Positions 24,901 through 35,297 of a DNA stretch of 64,000 nucleotides are shown one piece after another. Position numbers and translations under genes: made by a program. Each line of letters opens with the position of its first letter. Position 1 is the first letter of the stretch. This DNA is from Lingula anatina (Eukaryota > Animalia > Brachiopoda), in assembly GCA_051362555.1 (NCBI GenBank), contig CM120640.1, forward strand, positions 65,326,788-65,390,787, in the 5' to 3' direction. The notes below the pieces were generated by a model. That model saw only the letters and a list, made by a program, of their open reading frames with translations, made no database searches and was not told where the DNA came from.

Positions 24901-27900
24901 CGGGGTTTTAAGAAGTAGTATATGTATCTATGCATACGCTTTGGCACATACAGGGTTGGCCATGCATAGAAGGGAAGTGTATACCTATGGAGGCATTGGT
25001 TAGAACTGTGGCGTTCAACCAACCTCTGCCCAGGGCATTATATGAGTTCAAGTTTATGTAGTAGATATCTGGCCGAAAGAATTCTCCTTTGGGGAATATA
25101 CACTCTGTGTAAGCACTGTACCTGGGGCACTCACATACAGTGGAATTCCCACTATAAAAAGGATTGAAAAAAAAAAAAAAACATCTTGATGATAATAACA
25201 AGTTACACAACTTTATTAAAAACCATGCTGGCATTCATAAAGTGGAAATCAGTAAAATGAAGGATGGTTCTTTTCTTCTGCATTATTAGACCAAAAAGCA
25301 ATTGGCATTTTTCACCATCAACCAAACACAGGGATAAAAGTATTGTATAATTTGAAAAGCTGCTTAAATATTTAGACAGATAGTTGTATATATAAGGTAT
25401 GGCAGTTGTTACAAATGATATTCATAGACAGTGCAAAAAATTCTCCAGGTAAATAATGAGAAGAAATGCCCATCACTGTTCAACCACCCACGCTGTGAAG
25501 AGGTGCGACTAAGAGAGAGCTCCAACACCCTGTGTGCAGTGATGTGTCTGACTGGCATACAAACACAGGGTTCAAGTGTTCAGCAATGAAATTACCCCAA
25601 GTGAGAAGAAAGGGAAAAAAAGCATAATTAATGAATAGATTAAAAATAAAATCATGCTCTCGCTTGGTTAACTTCCAAAGAGAAAAACCAATGCCACCAA
25701 GATTTGCCTTTGGAAAAATCCATAAATATGATCACTGAGACTCAAGACAAAAAATAACCTAGCTCAGTTATACATTAAATGAAAATTTATTACTCTCCAA
25801 ATGGCACTGAATTTAGCCTTTGGATGAGAATATAACCAAGCAAGAGCAACGCCTGAGAGTAAGACTGTGCAGCAGATCGGTGCTCAAGCCAGGACTGGCA
25901 GAAAATAAAGCATAAATAAGTGTTTAATTGTTGAAAAGAATTCATTAACTTTCATTCCTGTGGTAATTGTGTTTTGTTTTTTCTTTTCTTTTTCCTTTTT
26001 AACTTATACACTGGTGCCATAAACACTGATGAAACTGTGAGCACTGACAACCAGTACAACATGAAGTTGCCAAGAAAATAGTTCTGATACACAGTCAACA
26101 AATAAGTTCAATTGATTAAAAAATAAAAAAGTCATTAGTGTGTTAAATGTGTCCCACCACCAGTCTCCAACAGGTTTGAGCTGGCTAATTCTTACACTAT
26201 GAAAGATGTCAAAAGATGAAAGTTCTATATTGGTGTCTCGCAATCTTAACACTTAATTTGTTGCCGATTCATTTTGACTGGCATCTAATAAGCACAGCAA
26301 AAACCTTTGGAGAAAAAAGTGCTGCTACTGCAAACCCCACCATTTACCTATAGTTGCATTTGCCTTCTGTACATCAAGCAAAGTCCTCGAACCGAGAACA
26401 TTTGAGGCATTTACAATAAAAAAATATTCTGCGTTTGGCCAGAATGTATCCTGTTTATCATTCTCGACCCATGTACAGCTTGAAGAGCTCATGGATGGCC
26501 GTGGGCAAGGAGAAAAGGTTTTTTTTTTCCTTGAGCTGAAATGTGGAGGGTTAAAATGGACGTCAATTATCCAATATGACTGACGCATCATAAGCTTAGC
26601 ACAGGTTTAAGACAGGCTTACCTTGTTTAAGGAACAAAATGAAGTTAACATAACTGGCACCATACACAACTGCAATAAAACTGGCTATAGCATGCACACG
26701 TCAAAATTTATTCAGGGAATTATTTTCACTAACAAAGAATACTGAGATATCTGTATTTATTCAAATCATGGGTGTATCTATCATGTTAAAAGTCATGCAA
26801 AAATACATTATGTGAAAGTCAGTGTTTTCACACCAATTAGCTCCATAAGAAACTTTTATTTCACTCTAATGCTGTATATAGAACCAAAAAAAAGTTTAAT
26901 CAGCAAGTTAATACAGATAAGGACAAGAAGAGTGTAGACATTTTAGCTATTGATGACAGAGTAATAACTTACTCTCTACTCCAGAGTAGTTCATAGGTTG
27001 TCTTGAGGTAGGTTGTTCTCCCTGTGTTCCATGTACATGTCATGTTTTCCTGATTGTATGAAATGCACGTCAAGTTAGACGGGGAGTCAGGTGGGTCTGG
27101 AATACAATATTGTACAGTTAATGGGGGGCTCTGTGCTGGAGGCATCATATCAAATGGGAGAATGGAATCAAAGCCTGTAAAATAAGGTTCAGGTGGTCTA
27201 AATACCATTCAATGGTAGGGAAGGGAGTTCAGGGGGCAATAAATACAATGATTAAAAAAAATGGAGGGCATTTGTTTAGTTGCAAATATGTTACACAAAT
27301 ATTTCATGTATGCTTGCATGCAATTATACCCAAGTCCTAATGTCTGGCTTTTATCCTACATGTTCAGTAAGATCACAATACGCCTTGAAGACAATAAAAA
27401 ACCCTTATCTTCAAGTGAACAACTTACATCCAACTTGCACATACTGGCTGTTTATCCAAACCCCTGGCCCATCCCTAGCAGCCACATAACAATGGTAAGT
27501 TCCTGTGTCCTCCGGCTGCATGTCTTCCCTGGATAACCGGGCCACATGTTCGGAGAGAACTGTCACACTCGCATTAGAGAATCGCCTTGTTCCCTTGGTA
27601 AAGTAAATGTCACTAGCATTGTGCTGCTGCCCCAGGGAGCAGGTGAGGTTCAGGGTTGCCCCTACCATAACCACGGGGTCCTTAGGTGTCACATCTGTAA
27701 ATGATACATTAAAGTAAAATACATATCTACTATAAAGCACATAATATCCCACAGATAAAACAGGATCATAACTAAGCTCCTTCCCCCCCCCCCCAAGTAA
27801 TGCAGGGGCGGATCCAGAGATATTTTCTGACAGTCCTCCACATTATCTTTGTTGATCCATCTTCCATTTTTTGACTGTCTTCCGACAGAAAAAAATTAGG

Positions 27901-28445
27901 TACTCATCAATGTAAACTTAGAAATTTGACCGTCTTCTAGAAGACCCAGAAGACAACCTCAATCCGCCCCTGTAATGTAATATAAGCATAAAAATGATGG
28001 ACTGTTCACTGGCCAATTACAAAATAAACCTAGATCAGTCTTGGCTCATATAAATGTTACAGATTATATATATATATTTATGTTATAAATTTTAGTAGAT
28101 TTCTCTTGTGAAATAACTTCCGGGGCTCACATTGACAAGTCAGTCATGTGATCAAAGCCCTTTAAAATTCACGGTCTCTTCAGAAACATTTGGATGTTTT
28201 TTCTGCTGTGACTGCAAGAGAGTATATATCCTTATATTTCAAATGAGTCATCCATGAATCTTTAATTACTTTTAAATAATTAAAGATTCATGGATTCCTA
28301 AGAATAAAAATATTGGGAAAAGAAGTGACATACCAACACTATATAATACAAAAAAGCTAGAGCTCTCACCTCCCTCAAATCCACTAACAAAAGAATCCAC
28401 AGAGAACTGCAGTAGTAGAAAAAGGCTCAGTACATATATCATCAT
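2216..28445 (-). CDS. Class I cytokine receptor, gp130/IL6ST-/Domeless-like (whole spliced CDS span; about 1367 aa with exon 4a, 1360 aa with exon 4b)
   Basis: 19 GT-AG exons chain with matching phases to 4104 nt (4a) or 4083 nt (4b), both multiples of 3. Architecture SP-Ig-CBM (YPPDSPSNLTC...CTW; GKYWSD)-5xFN3-TM-Box1-like-tail with YVTQ. Confidence 0.93.
3616..6450. mobile_element. Non-autonomous TA-flanked DNA transposon with long, internally repetitive TIRs
   Basis: TA|CCCAGACAGCCTCAGTGATCTGGCCC... and ...GGGCCAGATTACTGAGGCTGTCTGGG|TA; arrays of about 11-bp GGCCCAGATCT-type units at 3630-3920 and 6225-6430. Confidence 0.85.
4638..6086 (-). mobile_element. Internally deleted Gypsy/Ty3 LTR retrotransposon nested in the TIR element
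   Basis: About 220-bp direct LTRs (4638-4853 and 5860 to about 6086). PBS TGGCGACGAGGAT at 5846-5858; PPT AGAAAGGAAGGGA at 4854-4866. Gag remnants RWLDSFNLFADGK and RRRALMLYSAG; protease LPDSGAYCNII; no RT or IN seen. Confidence 0.9.
6532..6630 (-). CDS. Coding exon 18: juxtamembrane cytoplasmic segment
   Basis: IDDHFDYDSGNY...GFSDL; tttacag| and TTG|gtatg; phase 0-0. Confidence 0.82.
7125..7197 (-). CDS. Coding exon 17: stop-transfer and Pro-rich Box1-like segment
   Basis: TSAFCKKKLTIPPEEIPELPPPIS|gtaagt; phase 2-0. Confidence 0.88.
7730..7817 (-). CDS. Coding exon 16: transmembrane helix
   Basis: GLPDGVVGGIVAGCIIGGVCIAFLIFMVYR; tttttccag| and AG|gtaag; phase 1-2. Confidence 0.93.
10225..10470. 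mobile_element. Degenerate inverted-repeat MITE; related fragments at about 15940-16070 and 36020-36090
   Basis: Shared core (ctctcactgaatgcaatcaga / gaaactatcgttcta) in both orientations. Confidence 0.55.
10507..10673 (+). mobile_element. hAT-like MITE family A, copy 1
   Basis: Homologous to 27803-27972; ends aatccgcccctg; flanks ttttc/atttc. Confidence 0.8.
12821..13156 (-). CDS. Coding exon 15: membrane-proximal FN3
   Basis: APGVIDNF...VTWDPPPIRNGPITGYVL...FSIQAIN; phase 1-1; weak donor G|gtctgc. Confidence 0.9.
13418..13586 (-). CDS. Coding exon 14: FN3
   Basis: VDNLEGWKRYQFMVTACT; phase 0-1. Confidence 0.92.
13968..14086 (-). CDS. Coding exon 13: FN3 (not in ORF track)
   Basis: APSLPPAGLRQKAVTSNSVTLAWEPSPEPNGNVSKYQLYE; phase 1-0. 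Confidence 0.92.
14305..14432. repeat. Degenerate minisatellite with a unit of about 18-19 bp
   Basis: Recurrent gtgtgacctgca core, 6-7 copies. Confidence 0.7.
14647..14880. mobile_element. Degenerate palindromic MITE
   Basis: Arms ggatcaatccatctccaagggg...cagcttaagc and gcttaagctg...ccccttggagatagattgatcc. Confidence 0.75.
15265..15435 (-). CDS. Coding exon 12: FN3 (not in ORF track)
   Basis: GKYSTVSV...YIIEGLKPATRYGLAIQAVTTAGGG; phase 1-1. Confidence 0.93.
15596..15760 (-). CDS. Coding exon 11: FN3
   Basis: VPDIHP...LDVKWLALDC...ILNYTIRIC; phase 1-1. Confidence 0.9.
16324..16640. mobile_element. Foldback MITE with CAGG...CCTG ends (hAT-like)
   Basis: Near-perfect arms of about 105 bp, CAGGCCTACCCAACTACCAG...; AATAT on both flanks. 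Confidence 0.9.
16730..16901 (-). CDS. Coding exon 10: FN3
   Basis: GNLLWQKVPRNVTSY...YRFAVSA...SSGMVW..C; phase 0-1. Confidence 0.9.
16940..17196. mobile_element. PIF/Harbinger-type palindromic MITE
   Basis: TAA|GGCTTCATTCACATGC...GCATGTGAACGAAGCC|TAA; almost the whole 257 bp is one palindrome. Confidence 0.9.
18048..18196 (-). CDS. Coding exon 9: FN3 (not in ORF track)
   Basis: RPGPPRDLYIEVSSDNVAYLYWKPPVEREELVVGYTIYWCLGKYTEFGCQ; phase 1-0. Confidence 0.92.
18371..18632 (-). CDS. Coding exon 8: FN3
   Basis: EIPRQQQNGMILNYKISW...VNAETRIG; phase 0-1. Confidence 0.92.
18916..18977. repeat. (GA)n microsatellite beside the exon 7 donor
   Basis: Direct reading. Confidence 0.95.
18983..19062 (-). 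CDS. Coding exon 7: FN3
   Basis: IPAAPPGV...LFVYWQ; phase 1-0. Confidence 0.9.
19919..20078 (-). CDS. Coding exon 6: second half of D3 with degenerate WSxWS
   Basis: GLTPYTDYNISVAVQPFGGKYWSDVM...TAES; phase 0-1. Confidence 0.93.
23448..23617 (-). CDS. Coding exon 5: first half of CBM domain D3
   Basis: VKPNPVRNLTAFP...LTVQWLAP...LVYRL; phase 1-0. Confidence 0.93.
24985..25151 (-). CDS. Alternative exon 4b: second half of D2 (paralogous to 4a)
   Basis: DGNSTVCECPRYSAYTECIF...YYINLNSYNALGR...ASI; long poly-T tract plus tatag| and ATAG|gtatac; 167 nt; phase 2-1. Confidence 0.87.
26348..26535 (-). CDS. Alternative exon 4a: second half of D2
   Basis: DSRKKKTFSPCPRPSMSSSSCTW...YFFIVNASNVLGS...ATI; ttcag| and ATAG|gtaaat; 188 nt; phase 2-1. 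Confidence 0.9.
26973..27096 (-). CDS. Coding exon 3: first half of cytokine-binding domain D2
   Basis: YPPDSPSNLTCISYNQENMTCTWNTGRTTYLKTTYEL, the C...CxW motif of gp130-family receptors; phase 1-2. Confidence 0.95.
27428..27694 (-). CDS. Coding exon 2: Ig-like domain
   Basis: VTPKDPVVMVGATLNLTC...EDTGTYHC (DxGxYxC Ig motif); acag| and T|gtaag; phase 1-1. Confidence 0.95.
27803..27972 (+). mobile_element. hAT-like MITE family A, copy 2
   Basis: TIR CAGGGGCGGAT...ATCCGCCCCTG; 5-bp TSD TAATG. Confidence 0.88.
28370..28445 (-). CDS. Coding exon 1: signal peptide MMIYVLSLFLLLQFSVDSFVSGFEG
   Basis: GCTGCCATG Kozak context, hydrophobic core, donor G|gtgag in phase 1. The exon starts at acceptor ttcag|28483, so further 5' UTR exon(s) lie upstream. 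Confidence 0.88.
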
Positions 28446-28458
28446 GGCAGCTCTGGAG

Positions 28459-28476
28459 TCACATGGACGTTGTCAT
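28459..28476 (-). promoter_or_regulatory. uORF MTTSM* just upstream of the main ATG
   Basis: AAG ATG ACA ACG TCC ATG TGA, ending 13 nt before the start codon in the same exon. Confidence 0.7.
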
Positions 28477-31400
28477 CTTGGATCTGAAATATAAGAGAAA
28501 TATCAAGTGCTGTTGTGTTAAGTTAAATAAAACTGGTTTTGACAAAATTTTAATATCAAATCTGTATGTGTACATTCTTCAGCTACAATGTACCAGCAAA
28601 TAAAAAATACTAATAGTATACTGTTACAAGGAACAAAGCAAATTACAGATAACTCTAGCATAATTATTAGTTTCAATCTAAAGCTCAGTCACTTGATCAG
28701 TGAAAAGGCACTCTGTCATCACATTATCTGTCAGAAAATAGGTGTCGATCTCCTTTTCCTGACAATGAAGTTCTGTCTGATACATAAATGTGTCTCTGAT
28801 GTCTGTGGGGAACCAGCAGTATATTCTGTTACACTAGTCTCAAATCTGAAAGCCTATCTTAAATTAATTGTAAAATGTGCTGTGGTTCACCACAATCTTT
28901 AACGAAACAATCGCCTTGTTTGACTGAAATTATGTGGACTCTATATGGGCACCCTTAGCAGTGTATGTTGTAATTGGCTTTTTGTCCATCAATAAGAAAA
29001 CTAATCTGCTTAAGTTTACCAACTTAATCATACCCCCAGCAACAAGTAATAAAACAATTAAACCTCAACAAAAAGTCAGCAATGAGATGCTCTTTTTCAA
29101 AATCAATATTTTGCCAGAGATCTTTCTTCAATTTTCATGACAATTTCTGTTATTGATGTTTCTTTCAGTAGAAAGTTTCACATCATAGAAGGAAGCCATA
29201 CAGCTCTCTTGGAGGTAGATTAAGCACAGTGATAGAATAGATAAGATTTGGGTTGCTGTAGCAACTCACTGGGTTGCCTTGGTGACAAGCGTAACAAAAG
29301 AAAGTGATCCTGTTACTGAGGCATCTTTTGTCAGTACCAACCTATAAGCTGTCACATCAACAGTGGTCACTTTTTTTTACTTTTCCTGAACAAGAACAAA
29401 AATATATAAAGGTCATTTGCATTTTGCAATGAAAGAATATGTGGCAATTTTTACTAAATATATAGAACAACTTCATTCCAAAATTTGATAACCCTGTCTA
29501 GAGCACCTGTGACATTTTAATTTGCCAAATTGAAACTTTGCTATGTGCACCCATTTTTAACAGACTAAAAATAATTTTATTACATACAGAATGACTAAGG
29601 AATTTGTATTATCTTATATTTAAGTGATTTTACCACTCATTTCTTTATTGCTTCATGGTAAAGAATATTTGAGTACAACTTCTGCACAAATACCTCAATT
29701 ATACATTAGAACCCAAATCAGGGATTAAAGTAGGGAAACATGATGTGGTATTGTAACAATCAAGAATCTTTATGCGTGACTTAAACCCTGTTGTTGACAC
29801 CATCAAGAACATGGTTTACAGCATAACAAACTATAGGATTCCAGGTTTGAAGCTTCCGAAGTTGTGCTCTAGACAATATCAGACCTCTTAAACAAAATTA
29901 GTTGTGGATTTGTGGTTGCAATTGTCAAATTAATGACTTAAACCGCAATTTCATGACCTGATTGCAAAATTACCTATAGCTGCAACCAAGCTACATATTT
30001 ATAGATGGCCTGGATACTAAATGGGTCACAACTCTGGTGACTGCTTTATCAAAAGCACCACTAACCAAAAATGACCTATTCTTTCATAGTCCTTATAATC
30101 TCATTTCTTCCCATTCAAACCCAACTTGGCTTTGTACTCTGGGGATATGAATATTCCAGTCACATACCTAACTTTCTCTAATAGACTTTCTCTCAAAACA
30201 CACATTGCTTTTAATCACATCTGTTCAAGAATTTTCTAAATGAAGATGTTATAGGTATAGCAACCAGAATGGCAACAACTGGACCAACACAACATGACTT
30301 AACTCTATCATCTAAAAGGTAAATTGAAGACCCTATCAAAGCACATTGCGCTAGCAACTCTGTCACATACCTGACTGACCTGAACAAAAATTATTTGCAT
30401 TCTTTTATAAGAAAAAAAGCACTATTTTAATACAATCGAAATCTAAATCCTTTGCGAATTGCTATAATGTATCATTTTAATAAATCTTTAAAACGTGATA
30501 ATTTTTTTCGCCTCTCTAAAGATCTAAGGCAGCTTACTCCAAAACTTTGGAGCATAAATTTATGGTTCCACCATATCTATCTACATACTTTTCCAAAGCT
30601 GACAACATAAAAACAAAATTGTTTTTTAGTTGTATAGTTATCTCGGCTTTCACTTTTTTATTTCTTGTCAGAACTGTAAAAAAAAAAAAAAAGACCCAAT
30701 AATATCTGAAAAATACATACATTTCCAAGTAAAGCCCCCAACAAAACTGGGATTCAGTGTTTTTCAACAGGTGTCATGTTCTCAGTCTCTGAAGCTCTCA
30801 GTCATAATGATGCTTTTTACCATGGATGACAACCATAGCAACAAGGTACACATTCCCAACCTATCTCACAAGTAATACTGTCTGTCACCTTTTAAATCAC
30901 ACATATCACAACTTACCAGACATGATTTGGTGCTTGTCACTTGAGAGTGAAGTATGAAGCACTGGGCCACTGCTGCACCACTTCAGATGTGATAAATATT
31001 TCCAAGAAATGAGCAAATAAAAAAAGGTATATAACTGCAAACAGCAAATGGCTTCTGTGCTCTTGCCTTACATGTTCAGAGATCAAACAATCGCAAGCTA
31101 TTTTTCTTCATCAAAACAATGGTAATTCAGCACAAATACAGTAAAATCTGATAGTTCCTCCATATACTGAATCTATTAGGTTAAAGTAAATGTGTACTTG
31201 ATAAAAAGAAAAAAAGGCCAGAAAAAAAGAGAAAAGATAAGTTGGCTCACAATTACCTGGGATGCTATTTATTGGAAAGAAGTAATTAAGGTTGAATAGG
31301 TCTGATTCTTTATGGAGTCTTTAATGATTTTGTAACATTTCTGCAGTAATAATACACTGAAGTGTTCCTACATAAATGTACACTGTGACATGTAGGCCAA

Positions 31401-32109
31401 ATGTTGCTCTGGAGAAGGATTATAAAAATAAATAATTCATAGAAAATATTCCATTTGATAGAAATAAATCATAGTTAAAGTTGGTAATGTATAATTAAAA
31501 CGTTAACTGAAAATTGGTAGTTAATACTTCAAAGAAAAAAATGGCTGCAATTTTTTATTGATAAATGTACTTCTTATGAAAGGAATACAGATCCTAGAAA
31601 AATGCTTATAATTGGTCTAATATTTTCCATGTGATAGCCGATCCTAGTGCATAAAAGAGTCTAACCTGGCCCTAGACAGGGTAGGGGGATTTCTAGTGCC
31701 CTTTTGGCTCGGAAAAGATTGCTTTGAATCAAATTTAACGTCTGCAGACACCGTTGTCTTTTTTTGTTACATTGAAAGAAATAAAGCAGAAAATAAATAT
31801 GGCAATGCAAAAAAATTTTTTTTTTGTCAATTTTGATGCACCATTAAATTGCGTGGCATTATCACAACCAATTTCAATAATGTACTACAAGTAAGATGGA
31901 CATTTAAAGAATGAAATTAAACATTGGGCTTCAGGCCCATGGGAGTTAAAAGTCACATAAGGAAAATACCAACATGTAAACAAGGCAGCAAAGCTGTCAA
32001 ATGTACAGACAAAAAACAGGAAATAACTATGCACAAAATAGGCTACTGTCAATTCTGATGCAAAAGTACATTATGTTAAACTGCAAATTCAACATCAAAT
32101 TTTAATTAT

Positions 32110-34607
32110 GCTCAAGCAGCACCCAAAATTGTGTTTTCTTCTATTCTGATGCAATATTACATAATGGTTAACAGCATAATGACCGTCAATTTTTAATAAT
32201 AAAATATACATGGATTTTCAGAAAATGTGACTAGCATGGGTCTTCAAGCCCGTGGAACTTCAAAGTTACACCTTGAAAATGCCAATATGTGAAAAATTAA
32301 ATTTTCACAAAAAAACTGTTTAACTGGCAGTAAGAATTACCAAACAGACTGCATTGCCTACTGAAGCTGTATTTTAGTCCCATGTTTCTTTCCTGTAAGT
32401 TTGAGAACAGTAAGTGACATGGTTTTTCTTAAATGGTCATCATGGGGGCAGTGCCCAAAATAGTTTTTTTTTTTTCAAATTTTGATGCAATATTACATAA
32501 TGTTTAACAGCATAATGATGAGTATTATGGATATTCAGAAAATGTTACTAGCAAAGGTCTTCAGGCCCATGGAACTTCAAAGTCACAACTTGAAAATGCC
32601 AAAATGTAAACAAGACAGCACTGTTCTGAATTTTTTTTTTCCATTTTTAACAATTTTTAACATAAAACAAAATTAACAGTTTACTGCCGTTTTTATATGA
32701 TCAACTAAAAAAATTGATGAGATGGGAAAAATATCAATAGAGCAGTGTTAAATGTCCAATTTCTTCCATTCTGAGATTCTGAACATAGTGAATGTCAATG
32801 ATTGAATCTGACAAACTGCAATGATATGAGTTTATTTCCATTTTTTGAAACTTTATTACACAATACAAGATAACAAGTTTACCATCATTTTTACATATGT
32901 TGTAAAGATGCAGGAAATGCCAAACAAACACTTTTACTTATCTTACTAATTAAATAATGAAACATGCATGTTAACATGCCTAAGAATTAAATCTGAGGAA
33001 ATGTGAAAAAACAGCATTTCTTCAAAATAATGGCCCAATTAAGCTGATTTTTAAACTCAACCTGCGTTTTAGCAGGAATGACCACTCCTGTGAGTTTACT
33101 GACAATTGGCCTATCTGTTTTTCTTATTTTGTGTTTACAGTGTTGCATATATGCTGAAAAGTGAAAAAAAAAAGCATAACTAAAATAGTGGCCCGATCAT
33201 GCCTATTTTCTAACTTGACCTGCGTTATAGTAAGATTGATTACTCCTATGAGTTTCATGACAACAGGCCTAACGGTTTTCCTTGAAATGTGTTTACAGTG
33301 TTGCATATATGCTGAAAAGTGAAAAAACAGCATAAGTTCTACAATAATGGCCCGATCATGCTGATTTTCGGACTTGACCTGCGTTTTATGGATATTCATC
33401 AGCTCTGTAAATATACAGCCAAAAAGTAAAACTGCCTTCCACTTATCGCGTTTACAATGAAAGTGCACGGCGACAGTGACAGTGACAGTGACGGCAACGC
33501 CAGCCACGACAGACGCAGGTGATGGCAATATGTACAGACACATCTGTACATATTTACTGTACTGTTTGAGAACAGTAAGTGACATGGTTTTTCTTAAATG
33601 GTCATCATGGGAGCAGTGCCCAAAATAAGTTTTTTTCAAATTTTGATGCAATATTACATAATGTTAAACAGCTTAATGACCATCAATTTTTAATAATAAA
33701 ATATTAGTATCATGGATATTCAGAAAATGTGACTAGCAAAGGTCTTCAGGCCCATGGAACTTCAAAGTCACAACTTGAAAATGCCAAAATGTAAACAAGA
33801 CAGCACTGTTCTGAAATGTTTTTTTTCCATTTTTAACAATTTTTTTAACATAAACAAAATTAACAGGTTACTGCCATTTTTATACGATCAACTAAGAAAA
33901 TTGATGAGATGGGAAAAATATCAATACAACAGTGTTAAATGTCCAATTTCCTCCATCCTGAGATTCTGAACATAGTGAATGATTGCATCTGACAAACTGC
34001 AATGATATGAGTTTATTTCCATTTTTGACACTTTATTACACAATACACGATAACAAGTTTACCATCATTTTTACATAATCAACTAACAATTTTGTAAAGA
34101 TTCAGGAAATGTCAAACAAACACTTTTATGTATCTTATTAGTAAAATAATAAGACTGTTAACATGCCTAAGAATTGAATCTGAGGAAATGTGAAAAAACA
34201 GCATAACTTCTAAAGTAATGGCCCGATCATGCCGATTTTCGAACTTGACCTGCGTTTTAGTAAGATTGATTACTCCTGTGAGTTTCATGACAACAGGCCT
34301 AACGGTGTTCCTTAAAATGTGTTTACAGGGTTGCATATATGCTGAAAAGTGAAAAAACAGCATAAGTTCTACAATAATGGCCCGATCATGCTGATTTTCG
34401 AACTTGACCTGCGTTTTATGAATATTCATCAGCTCTGTAAATATAAAGCCAAAAAGTAAAACTGTCCTCCACTTATCGTGTTTACAAGGAAAGTGCACGG
34501 CATCGGCGACGGCATCGGCATCGGCATCGGCATCGGCGACGGCATCGGCGACGACAGACGCAGGTGATGGCAATATGTACAGACACATCTGTGTCTGTAC
34601 ATAAAAA
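32110..34607 (-). repeat. Tandem duplication (period about 1.16 kb) containing Helentron/HINE-like elements
   Basis: 32401.. and 33566.. are homologous. Internal subrepeats aacttgacctgcgtt, hexamer microsatellites (GACAGT, GGCATC), terminal hairpin TATGTACAGACAC-atct-GTGTCTGTACATA followed by an A-run. Degenerate relative at about 42020-42460. Confidence 0.7.
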
Positions 34608-35237
34608 TGAAAAATAGTCAAACTGCATTTTTTCAAGAAAAAAAAAAAACAAAACAATCAGTGATTCTTCAAAACACGATTAAGTTCAATTATAATTCAT
34701 GCTTCGAAATAAGCCAATATGGTGGATTCTATGAAAATCTCTATGAGGTCCACTGACCCTTTTCAATTTTAAATTACAGCTCAGAGGTATGCATGCTTGT
34801 CATAAAACTGTGTATTTGACAGATTCCATGATCAGGAGAAATATTTTCTAATTGTAATGATATAGTGGGTAGCACTGAATCCTCACCTTAATCTTAGACA
34901 TGCGAATGATCAGCAAAATCACCAAATGTGTCTGTTTCAGAAATGAGATTATATCTGACAAATATAACCCACATCATGTCACCAAGACAACCAGAAAAAA
35001 CTCTTCACCAGTGATTCAAGTTTCAATATTACGCGTTTTTTAATATAATAATGTATTAATTATATGTGCATTTTTCATGAATACCATCACAACTGTATAA
35101 TGTTATAGTTGGATAATGTGAATAAATACATACATACTGCTGTAAAGATGCAGGTTCAATATAGCTGCGGCTGGAATAATTATAAGTTTCACACAAGATG
35201 GCCGACACGTACCACAGGATTCACTCTAGCTGAATGA

Positions 35238-35240
<3 letters not shown>

Positions 35241-35294
<54 letters not shown>
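35241..35294. repeat. (TA)n microsatellite
   Basis: Direct reading. Confidence 0.95.

Positions 35295-35297
<3 letters not shown>

Noticed and set aside
26004-26252. ORF between 4a and 4b as a third alternative exon
   Set aside because: It lacks the Cys pair and NxLG motif and has no convincing phase 2-1 splice sites.
33124-34657. 175-aa and 181-aa ORFs with VTVTV/ADADA runs
   Set aside because: They arise from duplicated repeat elements and hexamer microsatellites; no domain signature.
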